This document shows positions 8,004-16,361 of a stretch of 22,885 nucleotides of DNA, piece by piece. The DNA lies in the NCBI GenBank assembly GCA_964525635.1, contig CAZGJX010000072.1:1-22885 (forward strand), given 5' to 3'. Numbering within the stretch: the first letter of the stretch is position 1; each line of letters starts with the position of its first letter. The position numbers and the translations under genes were made by a program. This DNA comes from an uncultured archaeon (GTDB lineage: Archaea; Asgardarchaeota; Lokiarchaeia; Sigyniarchaeales; SOKP01). The notes beneath the pieces were generated by a model. The model was not told the DNA's origin. It saw nothing but the letters and a program-made list of their open reading frames with translations, and did not search any database.

Positions 8004-8171
8004 TTACTTTTGAAAAGGAGTGAAATTACCTTTAATTTCTTCAAAATTAGATGTAATAAGTGCATGTCCACTATGAGTTTTTTCAAAAAGATTAACTCTA
8101 TTTATATTCTGTGGATTATCTGGATGAATTAATACATATTCTCTACACTTAATACATGCACGAGCTCTCAT
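8004..8171 (-). CDS. 55-aa putative zinc-binding microprotein (CxxC...HxxH), not in ORF track
   Basis: Manual translation MRARACIKCREYVLIHPDNPQNINRVNLFEKTHSGHALITSNFEEIKGNFTPFQK*. GTGA upstream, and the segment is GC-richer than its flanks. Confidence 0.8.
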   Translation of the reverse strand: MRARACIKCREYVLIHPDNPQNINRVNLFEKTHSGHALITSNFEEIKGNFTPFQK

Positions 8172-8362
8172 TATTTCACATATAAAAGTATTTTAATTAA
8201 ATTTAATAAATTTAAGTAATATTCGGATACAAATTAGAAAAATGATTTTGTATATTTAAGATTTGTTCAAATAATCTACATAAAAAAAAATAATAATTCA
8301 ATATCTTATTATATAGTTTTAATATTTTAAACCTAAAATAATGTTTAAAAAGTGAAATTCCT

Positions 8363-9508
8363 ATTAAAAATAGTCAAAATATTGTAAGAAAAATTCTTAT
8401 TTTTCTTTTATTTTACATTGTATTCTATTATGTTACTTCTAGGCTTTTTTTTCTAATTCTTGGAATTACCCAGAATTTCAATTTACTGTTATGGATAGAG
8501 GAAATTATTTTTCCATTACTTTTTTCATTGATGAATGTTATTACAATTTTTTTTTTCAAAAAATATATCAAGAAGATAAATGAATTAATCCTAAATAAAA
8601 ATCTGAATAAAAGAATTTTAGGATCTTTTCCAAATTATTATATTTTAGGCTTTACTACAATTGCCTGTATATTATTCAATATAGAAGGACTAATTACAAA
8701 TCGCTTTGATACTTTTCAATATTATGAATTATTAGGTGAAATTGCAAATATAATATATCAAATAGAAATTTTGCAATATACTCCGGCACTTCCAATAATA
8801 TTTAGTGCTTATGGTTTTATCATACTTACAGCACTAAAATTAAAAAAAAAACAAGAAAGATATCATGTATCTAGATTAGTTTTGCATAAATTCCTAAAAC
8901 AATCATTATTTGCTTTTCAAATTTATTTAATTTTCTTTACTATCTATTTTATATTGATATGTTTAAATATAACGTCACAGAGCATCACATTGACAATATT
9001 CATCGTTATAACTTATAGTAGTGTTTTAATTGCTGGTTTATATGCAGTTAAAACATCATTATTAAATATTATAAATTTAGAAAATGAAAAAAATATAACT
9101 GGAGATGTTAGAGAAAGTATAATTTCTGATGTGTATGTAATTTGTAATAGATTTAAGAAAATAAACAGAAAAAAAGAAAATTGGGAGAATTTTATAGAAA
9201 TTCTTAAAAATAGAATTAAATTCAATGAATATTTTTATAAATTATTTGAAAAAAATAATAAATTTGAAAATTTCAATAGTTATTATAGAGAAAATTCAAG
9301 TAAAAAAAAAATAATAATTCTCCTTTATATTTTGGGTTCTTTTGAAATAAAAAATGAAGTTTGTTTTCCAAAAGAAATTTTAGATGAATTAAAATTTCCA
9401 AAATCAACAACTTATAAAATAATTAATAGCTTAATAAGCGAAGGATTTATAAAAAGGAAAAAGATAGAGAATCTCACAGATAAGGCTCTAATCCCTTTTA
9501 ATCAATAA
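8363..9508 (+). CDS. Multi-pass membrane protein with C-terminal winged-helix DNA-binding domain
   Basis: The ORF track starts at 8528, but the frame is open from 8342 and adds hydrophobic segments (KILIFLLFYIVFYYVTSRLFFLILG; LLLWIEEIIFPLLFSL). Several further TM segments follow. The C-terminal CFPKEILDELKFPKSTTYKIINSLISEGFIKR is a wHTH. Start uncertain. Confidence 0.75.
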   Translation: MKNSQNIVRKILIFLLFYIVFYYVTSRLFFLILGITQNFNLLLWIEEIIFPLLFSLMNVITIFFFKKYIKKINELILNKNLNKRILGSFPNYYILGFTTIACILFNIEGLITNRFDTFQYYELLGEIANIIYQIEILQYTPALPIIFSAYGFIILTALKLKKKQERYHVSRLVLHKFLKQSLFAFQIYLIFFTIYFILICLNITSQSITLTIFIVITYSSVLIAGLYAVKTSLLNIINLENEKNITGDVRESIISDVYVICNRFKKINRKKENWENFIEILKNRIKFNEYFYKLFEKNNKFENFNSYYRENSSKKKIIILLYILGSFEIKNEVCFPKEILDELKFPKSTTYKIINSLISEGFIKRKKIENLTDKALIPFNQ

Positions 9509-9530
9509 TTTTTATTTTGTAAGAAATTTC

Positions 9531-9554
9531 TCTCAGTCTCATTTGAGACTGAGA
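9531..9554. promoter_or_regulatory. Perfect palindrome TCTCAGTCTCA-TT-TGAGACTGAGA (candidate operator)
   Basis: Perfect 11-bp arms, about 45% GC in an AT-rich spacer, directly upstream of a TATA-like TATAAATA at 9564-9571. Confidence 0.65.
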
Positions 9555-9662
9555 CAATAAAGATATAAATATCTTCTCGATCTTATTTTAAATAAGATAT
9601 TTTAAAATAATAATCAATCTAAACAAATATTAAGTAAATAATATTAAAATAGGTGGAAGAAA

Positions 9663-9911
9663 ATGGCAAAAACATGTTATTTTTGCAGAGGTCGGGTTGG
9701 TATGAGTGGTAAATTCATAACCGTAAATAATCCAGAAAATTCTACTGCCAAAAAGTCAGGAAAAACATTATTAACTTTAGCAACAGGGTATTCAAGGAAT
9801 AAAGGATTTTGGTTATGTAAATCTTGTTTAAGGAATAAGTGGGATAAAGGTGAACCAGTTCATTTGAGATTTTCTCAGGGAGGAGATATATACACTTTTG
9901 TAAAAAGATAA
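9663..9911 (+). CDS. Small basic 4-Cys zinc-finger protein (CxxC-x43-CxxC)
   Basis: 82 aa, MAKTCYFC...WLCKSCLR. AGGTG ends 7 nt before the ATG and a poly-T tract follows the stop. Confidence 0.85.
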   Translation: MAKTCYFCRGRVGMSGKFITVNNPENSTAKKSGKTLLTLATGYSRNKGFWLCKSCLRNKWDKGEPVHLRFSQGGDIYTFVKR

Positions 9912-9989
9912 AAATCCTTTTTTTTTTTTTAATTAGCTTATTGTTAATAAAAAGAATAAATTATGTTAATAATGATTTATAAGATAAAA

Positions 9990-12236
9990 TTAAATTTCCA
10001 TTAAATTAGGAACTGTAAACCTATATAATTTTTCCATTTCTTCTACATCAAGACTAAAATCGTTGGTTATTAGTCCTTTAATATTGATTTTGGGTTCAGA
10101 AATTAAAATACCAATCTTATCAATATTTACATTGTTTTTTTTAGCTAAATTCATAATTACAGTATAATCTTTAGATTCCGTCTCTAATATGAATCTTCCA
10201 ACACTTTCACTGAATAAAAATTCATCAATTCTCATTTTTTCATCATTAATTTCTTTAAAATCTAAATTAGCACCTAATTTATTTTTAAAACACATTTCTG
10301 CGATCGTAATCAAAAATCCTCCTTTATTTACATCATGGTTTGCTCTTACTAGTTTCTTTTTATATAATTCTTGAATAAAATTCCATGTAGTATTTATTTT
10401 CTCATCATCCACTATAGGAGGATTTCCCCCTTCAAGATTATGAATAATTGAGTGATATTCAGATCCTCCAAGTTCTGGCTTTGTTTCACCAATTAATAAA
10501 ATATCATTTCCAGTTTGTTTGAAAGGTAATGTTATAATATTTTCTTCTCCTTCTATAATTCCAACAATCATTACTATAGGTGTTGCTTTAATTGCTGTAT
10601 GTGTAACATCATCTTCATTATAAAAAGATACATTTCCTCCGACAATAGGAATTCGGAATTTTTTACATAAATCATCCATACCATTCACCGAATTTGAAAA
10701 ATACCAAAATGATTCGGGAACTTCTGGATTTCCAAAATTGCAGCAATTAACCATTGCCATTGGTTTCGCTCCACTAGCGATAATATTCCCACAAACTTCA
10801 ACTAAATTACCTTTAGCTCCATTGTAAGGATCTAAATAGCAATGTTTTGAATTAGCACCCACACTTGCAGCGATAAATTTATTTGTTCCAATTATCCTTA
10901 AAATTCCTGAATCTCCATCTCCACATTTTATAATAGATCGGACACCTACTTCATGGTCATATTGCCTATAAATCCATTCTTTACTGCAAATATTTTCACT
11001 AGCAATTAATTCATAAACTATATCTTTCACACTTTTTATGGTATTCGGAGTTTCTTGAGATAATAAATCATCAAGATAATCTGGTCTTTTTTCTTCTCTC
11101 TGTATTGTAGGAGACTCTGATAATGCTTTAGCTGGGAGATTTACTACAGAATTTTTATTATCATATACTTTTAAAACTTTTGTATCGTCAGTCTTTCCAA
11201 TTACCGCATGAGCTATTTCATATTTTTTAAATACATTTAAAATAGTTTCTAGTCCTTCAGGCTTAACTATAAATGCCATTCTTTCTTGTGATTCAGATAA
11301 CATTACTTCAAAAGAGTTCATACCGGGTTCTCTTGTGAAAATTTTGTTAAAATCTATATTAGCACCAGTTCCTCCATCACCTGTTAATTCACTTAAAGCA
11401 CATGAGAGGCCGCCACCACCTAAATCCTTTAATCCCCTTACATAACCAGTTTTAATTGCTTCTAAAGTTGCCTCAATAATCAATTTCTTTGTAAAAGGAT
11501 CACCTATTTGAACAGCTGGGCGATCTTCCTCTGATTCTTCTGTTAAAGTTCTAGAAGCAAAGGTAACACCATGTATACCATCTCTCCCCGTTGATCCTCC
11601 CATTAGAATAACATAATCTCCTGGATTATATGCTCTACTAGGAGCATGTTTAAAATCTTCTATTGTTCCTAATCCTATACAAGCAACATTAACTAAGCAA
11701 TTATTTTGAAAACTTTTATCAAATTCAACTTCTCCTCCTATAGTAGGGATTCCTGTGCAATTCCCATAATCTGCTATTCCCTTAACAACATATTTAAGTA
11801 ACCATTGTGAATGAGGATTATTTTTTAGAGGACCAAAGCGCAATGGATCTAATAAAGCAATCGGTCGTACACCCATACATAGAATATCTCTGATTATTCC
11901 TCCGATCCCTGTAGCTGCTCCATGATAGGGTTCTATCGCTGAAGGATGATTATGTGATTCAATTCGAAATGCCAAACAATATCCATCTCCTATATCTATA
12001 ACACCTGCATCCTGTCCTGGTCCTGCAAGTACATAATCATAATTTTCCTCTGCATTTTCGAACAATTTCAATTTAGGTCGTGAAGATTTATAAGAACAAT
12101 GTTCACTCCACATCACATCAAACATCCCAAGCTCTGTAATAGTAGGATCTCTTTCTAAATTATTCTTAATAAATGTTATTTCATTTTCAGTCAAATCAAC
12201 TTCTAATTCATTATCTCCAAGCTTTACTTTTCGCAT
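9990..12236 (-). CDS. purL: Phosphoribosylformylglycinamidine synthase subunit PurL (small form)
   Basis: MWSEHCSYKSS, ESHNHPSAIEPYHGAATGIGGIIRDI, DLGGGGLS, MLSESQERM, NFGNPE, GGNVSFYNE, LFSES.GRF. Confidence 0.98.
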   Translation of the reverse strand: MRKVKLGDNELEVDLTENEITFIKNNLERDPTITELGMFDVMWSEHCSYKSSRPKLKLFENAEENYDYVLAGPGQDAGVIDIGDGYCLAFRIESHNHPSAIEPYHGAATGIGGIIRDILCMGVRPIALLDPLRFGPLKNNPHSQWLLKYVVKGIADYGNCTGIPTIGGEVEFDKSFQNNCLVNVACIGLGTIEDFKHAPSRAYNPGDYVILMGGSTGRDGIHGVTFASRTLTEESEEDRPAVQIGDPFTKKLIIEATLEAIKTGYVRGLKDLGGGGLSCALSELTGDGGTGANIDFNKIFTREPGMNSFEVMLSESQERMAFIVKPEGLETILNVFKKYEIAHAVIGKTDDTKVLKVYDNKNSVVNLPAKALSESPTIQREEKRPDYLDDLLSQETPNTIKSVKDIVYELIASENICSKEWIYRQYDHEVGVRSIIKCGDGDSGILRIIGTNKFIAASVGANSKHCYLDPYNGAKGNLVEVCGNIIASGAKPMAMVNCCNFGNPEVPESFWYFSNSVNGMDDLCKKFRIPIVGGNVSFYNEDDVTHTAIKATPIVMIVGIIEGEENIITLPFKQTGNDILLIGETKPELGGSEYHSIIHNLEGGNPPIVDDEKINTTWNFIQELYKKKLVRANHDVNKGGFLITIAEMCFKNKLGANLDFKEINDEKMRIDEFLFSESVGRFILETESKDYTVIMNLAKKNNVNIDKIGILISEPKINIKGLITNDFSLDVEEMEKLYRFTVPNLMEI

Positions 12237-12946
12237 TATTTTACATTCCTCTCAATAAAATTTAACATACTACTAAAAAATAACTTACCATGAACAGTTT
12301 TTTCTGGACTTAAAATCGTTTCTGATGCTCTTTCTGGATGTGGCATTAAACCAACACATTTTTGTTCTAAATCGCACACTCCTGCTATATTTTCTAATGA
12401 ACCATTTGGATTTGCATTTTCCTCTGCTTCTCCACTTTCATTAACATATCTAAATACAATCTGATTATTTTCTTCCAATTCTTTTAATTTTTCTGTAAAA
12501 TATCTTCCTTCTCCATGAGCTATTGGTATATCAAGAATATCACCTAAACCCATTTTATTAGTAAATGCGGTTTGATTATTATCTACTCTTATTCTTATCC
12601 ACTTACAAATAAATTTTAAAGAATCATTTTGTAATAATGCTCCAGGAAGTAACTGAGCTTCTGTTAAAATTTGAAATCCATTACATGTACCAATTATAGG
12701 TTTATCATCATTTAACATTTGACGTGCCTGATCTATTGCCGGACTATGAGCTGCGATTATTCCTGCTCTAAGATAATCTCCGAAAGAAAAACCACCAGGT
12801 AATACTGCTCCATCGAATTTCGAACCATCAAATTGTTTATGCCATACTAATTCAGCATCTATTTTCATAACATTATTTAAAACATATAAAGTATCTAAAT
12901 CACAATTAGAACCGGGAAATTGAATAACTGCTATTTTAATATTCAT
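12236..12946 (-). CDS. purQ: FGAM synthase glutaminase subunit PurQ
   Basis: FPGSNCD, PGGFSFGDYLRAG, GTCNGFQIL, PIAHGEG, NPNGS, MPHPER. Overlaps purS and purL. Confidence 0.98.
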   Translation of the reverse strand: MNIKIAVIQFPGSNCDLDTLYVLNNVMKIDAELVWHKQFDGSKFDGAVLPGGFSFGDYLRAGIIAAHSPAIDQARQMLNDDKPIIGTCNGFQILTEAQLLPGALLQNDSLKFICKWIRIRVDNNQTAFTNKMGLGDILDIPIAHGEGRYFTEKLKELEENNQIVFRYVNESGEAEENANPNGSLENIAGVCDLEQKCVGLMPHPERASETILSPEKTVHGKLFFSSMLNFIERNVK

Positions 12947-13221
12947 AATTCTCTACTATTTTTTTTAGATACATTTAAAATATTGAGGTTTTGAGTAACT
13001 GGGTTAAATATTCTCAGTTTATTGCACATTTCGATAATAATTTCTTTTGCAGAATTCATATCTTCTGCTTCAATATCAATCTTTAAATATTGACCGCTCC
13101 TAATATTAGATATCATGTTATATCCTTTTTTAGCAATTAAATCTCTTTGAATTGTCTCTGCAACAGGATCACGAGCAGCCGACTTCAGAGTCATAACAAT
13201 CTCAACAATGAAGCTATTCAT
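12943..13221 (-). CDS. purS: FGAM synthase subunit PurS
   Basis: 92 aa with LK....DP.AETI, IRSGQYL and MCNKLRIFNPV. First gene of purSQL. Confidence 0.92.
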   Translation of the reverse strand: MNSFIVEIVMTLKSAARDPVAETIQRDLIAKKGYNMISNIRSGQYLKIDIEAEDMNSAKEIIIEMCNKLRIFNPVTQNLNILNVSKKNSREL

Positions 13222-13442
13222 AAAAATAATAATGAATTGTTCAATTTAAGATGCATTATTAGTAAAGAAATAAGGTAATCCTATTATAATAACAATTCAA
13301 AATTATCCTAGTTTAACTTATATAACTTATTATAATTCAATAATGGTTTAATATCCAATTTTTTAATTTATTACAAAAATTTTTTTTTTTTATTTAAAAC
13401 TCAATAGAAATATTGATATAATTTTTAGCTCCTTTTTATAAT

Positions 13443-13817
13443 ATGATTACTAATTCTACAAAAACGGATTTAAATACTGAGATCTCTTATATTAAGTCAA
13501 AAGTTATGAATTTTATTAAAAAGCGAAACTGGTTAAAATACCATACACCAAAAAACCTTATTCAAGCTATGTATATAGAATTAGCAGAATTAGCGGAACT
13601 ATTCTTATTTAAGGATTTTAATAAACAAGAGATCTATCAAAATGAGAACTTATTAGAAAATATAAAAAATGAAATCGCAGATGTATTCATCTATTTGATT
13701 AGTTTTATTAATTCTTTAGATATTGATATCACCTCAGCTTTTATAGAAAAGATGCAAATCAATAAGCAAAAATATCCTATTGAAGAATTTTATGATGGAA
13801 AATATTACAAGAAATAA
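13443..13817 (+). CDS. MazG-like nucleotide pyrophosphohydrolase (dCTP pyrophosphatase type)
   Basis: F...RNWLKYHTPKNL..AM.IE.AEL.ELF, EIADVFIYL and KM.IN..KYP. Confidence 0.9.
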   Translation: MITNSTKTDLNTEISYIKSKVMNFIKKRNWLKYHTPKNLIQAMYIELAELAELFLFKDFNKQEIYQNENLLENIKNEIADVFIYLISFINSLDIDITSAFIEKMQINKQKYPIEEFYDGKYYKK

Positions 13818-13904
13818 TCAATAATAATTATAATCCTATAAGGAACTGAAATTATTTTTCTATTATTAAATCATTTTTAATTTTATATTATATTAATTAT
13901 CAAT

Positions 13905-14882
13905 ATGGTTCAAGAGAATATTGAAAGTATAATAAAACAACAATTAAATAATACGTTAAAAGAGACTAACATCTCTTCATTAGGTAAGCTATATAGAGGG
14001 AAAGTTAGAGATAATTATATTTTAGATGATAAGAGAATAATCATTGCTACTGATAGATTATCAGCATTTGATAGAGTGATAACTACAATCCCTTTTAAAG
14101 GCCAAATGCTTAATCAAGTCTCATCTTTTTGGTTTGAGAAAACCAAAGATTTAGTTAAAAACCATATTATAGAAGTACCCGATCCTAATGTTTCGGTTGT
14201 TCATCAATGTAAAACCATACCAATTGAAATAATAGTTCGTGCTTATTTAACAGGAACAGCATGGCGAAATTATGAAAAAAGAATTCCAACTTCAGGATTA
14301 TTACCTCCTAAAGGAATGAAAAAAAATCAGGTATTAGATGATATATTAGTAACGCCTTCTACGAAAGCAGAATCAGGTCATGATATATACATATCGAAAG
14401 ATGAAATAATAAAAGAGAATATGGTTGATAAAGATATATATGAAGAAATGGAAGAAGCGGCTGTAAAATTATTCACCTTTGGTCAAAAGTTCTGTAAAAA
14501 AAATGGACTTATTTTAGTAGATACAAAATACGAATTTGGATTAAAAGATGATGAATTAATGGTTATTGATGAGATTCACACCCAAGATTCTTCTAGGTTT
14601 TGGATTCATGATACATACCAAGAAAGGTTTGAGAATAATACAGATCCAGACATTTTAGATAAAGAAATATTTAGAGGATGGCTCATGGAGACTTATCCTG
14701 ATATATTCCCAAATATTAAACCAGACCAAGAAATCCCTCCAATTTCAGAAGAAATAAAAATTGAATTAGCTAAAAGATACATGAGTTCCTATGCACGAAT
14801 TACTGGAATAGAATTTCAACCAATGATATCAAAAGTTAGAGAAAGAATCGAAGAAAACCTAAAAAAAGCGAATTTCTTATAA
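13905..14882 (+). CDS. purC: SAICAR synthetase (long form)
   Basis: YRGKVRDNY, ATDRLSAFD, IPFKGQ.LN, E.IVRAYLTG, TPSTKA..GHD, LVDTKYEFG, IDEIHTQDSSRFW, LDKE.FR.WL. Confidence 0.97.
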   Translation: MVQENIESIIKQQLNNTLKETNISSLGKLYRGKVRDNYILDDKRIIIATDRLSAFDRVITTIPFKGQMLNQVSSFWFEKTKDLVKNHIIEVPDPNVSVVHQCKTIPIEIIVRAYLTGTAWRNYEKRIPTSGLLPPKGMKKNQVLDDILVTPSTKAESGHDIYISKDEIIKENMVDKDIYEEMEEAAVKLFTFGQKFCKKNGLILVDTKYEFGLKDDELMVIDEIHTQDSSRFWIHDTYQERFENNTDPDILDKEIFRGWLMETYPDIFPNIKPDQEIPPISEEIKIELAKRYMSSYARITGIEFQPMISKVRERIEENLKKANFL

Positions 14883-14928
14883 ATTTTGGAAAAAATTTAA
14901 TAAACCATATAAAATATTTTTTCTTATA

Positions 14929-15129
14929 ATGATAGATTTTATCTTATTGATTTTGATTCTATCCTTATTTCTAATTGGATTTGCTTATTTAATTTTAGAT
15001 ATGAAAAATTTAAAAAATGATGAAACTTCCAGTAAAGAAAAGCAAGAAATGCCTTTACTCCTAAAAAGGAGCGCTCAATTCGTTTTAATGGCTTTTCTTT
15101 TGTTAATGCTTCTTAATTTAATCATTTAA
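14929..15129 (+). CDS. Small membrane protein with two hydrophobic segments (66 aa)
   Basis: Hydrophobic N- and C-terminal segments separated by a charged loop. Confidence 0.6.
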   Translation: MIDFILLILILSLFLIGFAYLILDMKNLKNDETSSKEKQEMPLLLKRSAQFVLMAFLLLMLLNLII

Positions 15130-15323
15130 AATTTTTCACACCTATAAACATAAATTTATGTTGGATTAAGGTAATGATATAAGGAAGATATTATATATAA
15201 AAAAAGTCTTTTCAATTTTCTCAAATGAAATATTGGAAAAAGATTTCTTATTTTTCATCTATTTTCTGGTTAAGTATACTTATAAAAATAAGGAGAATGT
15301 TATTTTAACAGGACTTGAGATTT

Positions 15324-16151
15324 TTATTTAAGATTTCTTATAAATTTACAAATTACTTCATTATATACTTCTTTTCTCTGAGTAGGACCAAAATGCCCAG
15401 CCATATCTATTATTTTCAATTTAGAATTTGGGATTTTGTTATGTAATTCCTCAGACATCTGTATAGGGGCAAAATTATCAAGTCTACCTCCAATGATCAA
15501 CGTAGGACATTTTACAAATGATGGATTATATTCTTTAATTTCATTTATCATTTTAAATATCTGCTCTTCAATTCGCATATATAATTCATCTTTAGTCATC
15601 CTAATTTTATATAAATTATTAGTTAATGCTTGAAGGATAAATGGTATTGTTTTGTCCAGAATTCTATCTACTGAATTAACTACAGCGTCTAAAAAATTCA
15701 TCCTTATCATATATGGAAGTAAATTATAAAAAATATTTCTAATAACATTATCTGTATTGATATAACCTGAATTTAGTAATATTAAAAATTTAATTTCATC
15801 AGGATGTTTTCTACATATAAGTTGAGCAATCATTCCACCTACAAGCGAATGACCTATTATACCAAATGGTCCCTTTACATGTAAATATTCTAAAAGATCC
15901 TCAAGATCTCTTATGATTTCATGCCTAATATTTTCTGAAAGATTCAATTCTTTAGAATGATCACTTTTTCCATGGCCCAAAGCATCGAAACATATAATTC
16001 TATAATAATTTTTTAATACTTTAATTTGTTCCTTGAAGAATGATACTGATGATGCAAAACCATGAATCAAAACAATAGTACAACGCATTGATTGAGGATT
16101 AAATTCTTCATAGTAGAGTTTGTACCCCTCTTTGTTTTGATAATATGGCAT
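15324..16151 (-). CDS. Alpha/beta-fold hydrolase
   Basis: LIHGF, FDALGHGKS, nucleophile GHSLVGG, PTLIIGGRLD and AGH. Confidence 0.9.
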   Translation of the reverse strand: MPYYQNKEGYKLYYEEFNPQSMRCTIVLIHGFASSVSFFKEQIKVLKNYYRIICFDALGHGKSDHSKELNLSENIRHEIIRDLEDLLEYLHVKGPFGIIGHSLVGGMIAQLICRKHPDEIKFLILLNSGYINTDNVIRNIFYNLLPYMIRMNFLDAVVNSVDRILDKTIPFILQALTNNLYKIRMTKDELYMRIEEQIFKMINEIKEYNPSFVKCPTLIIGGRLDNFAPIQMSEELHNKIPNSKLKIIDMAGHFGPTQRKEVYNEVICKFIRNLK

Positions 16152-16361
16152 ATATATTCTACTTGTAAAAATATATTATATTTTTTGAAATTAAACATTC
16201 AAAAAATAGTTTTGTATAATTTTAAAAGATTGAGAATTCATTTTATTTATAATTCAAACTTAACAACAAAAAAAATACATTTTTTATAATTTAATTTAAA
16301 ATGCTTTAAGTATAAGATTATAATAACTTGATCTTTAATTATATATTATAACCTTGAAGGT

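Noticed and set aside
8341-8355. ATG TTT AAA AAG TGA as a programmed frameshift into the membrane wHTH ORF
   Set aside because: It would need a +1 shift without a recognisable signal. An indel error or the ATT start at 8363 is simpler, so it is kept only as an alternative.
9013-9225. ORF-track 70-aa ORF (-)
   Set aside because: Antisense shadow of the membrane wHTH gene.
10189-10374. ORF-track 61-aa ORF (+)
   Set aside because: Antisense shadow of purL.
15147-15282. Palindromes AACATAAATTTATGTT and TAAGTATACTTA
   Set aside because: Almost entirely A/T and located between convergent genes; plausible by chance at this composition.
15436-16289. ORF-track 65-aa ORFs 15436-15633 and 16092-16289 (+)
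   Set aside because: Antisense to or overlapping the hydrolase and its promoter, with low-complexity composition.
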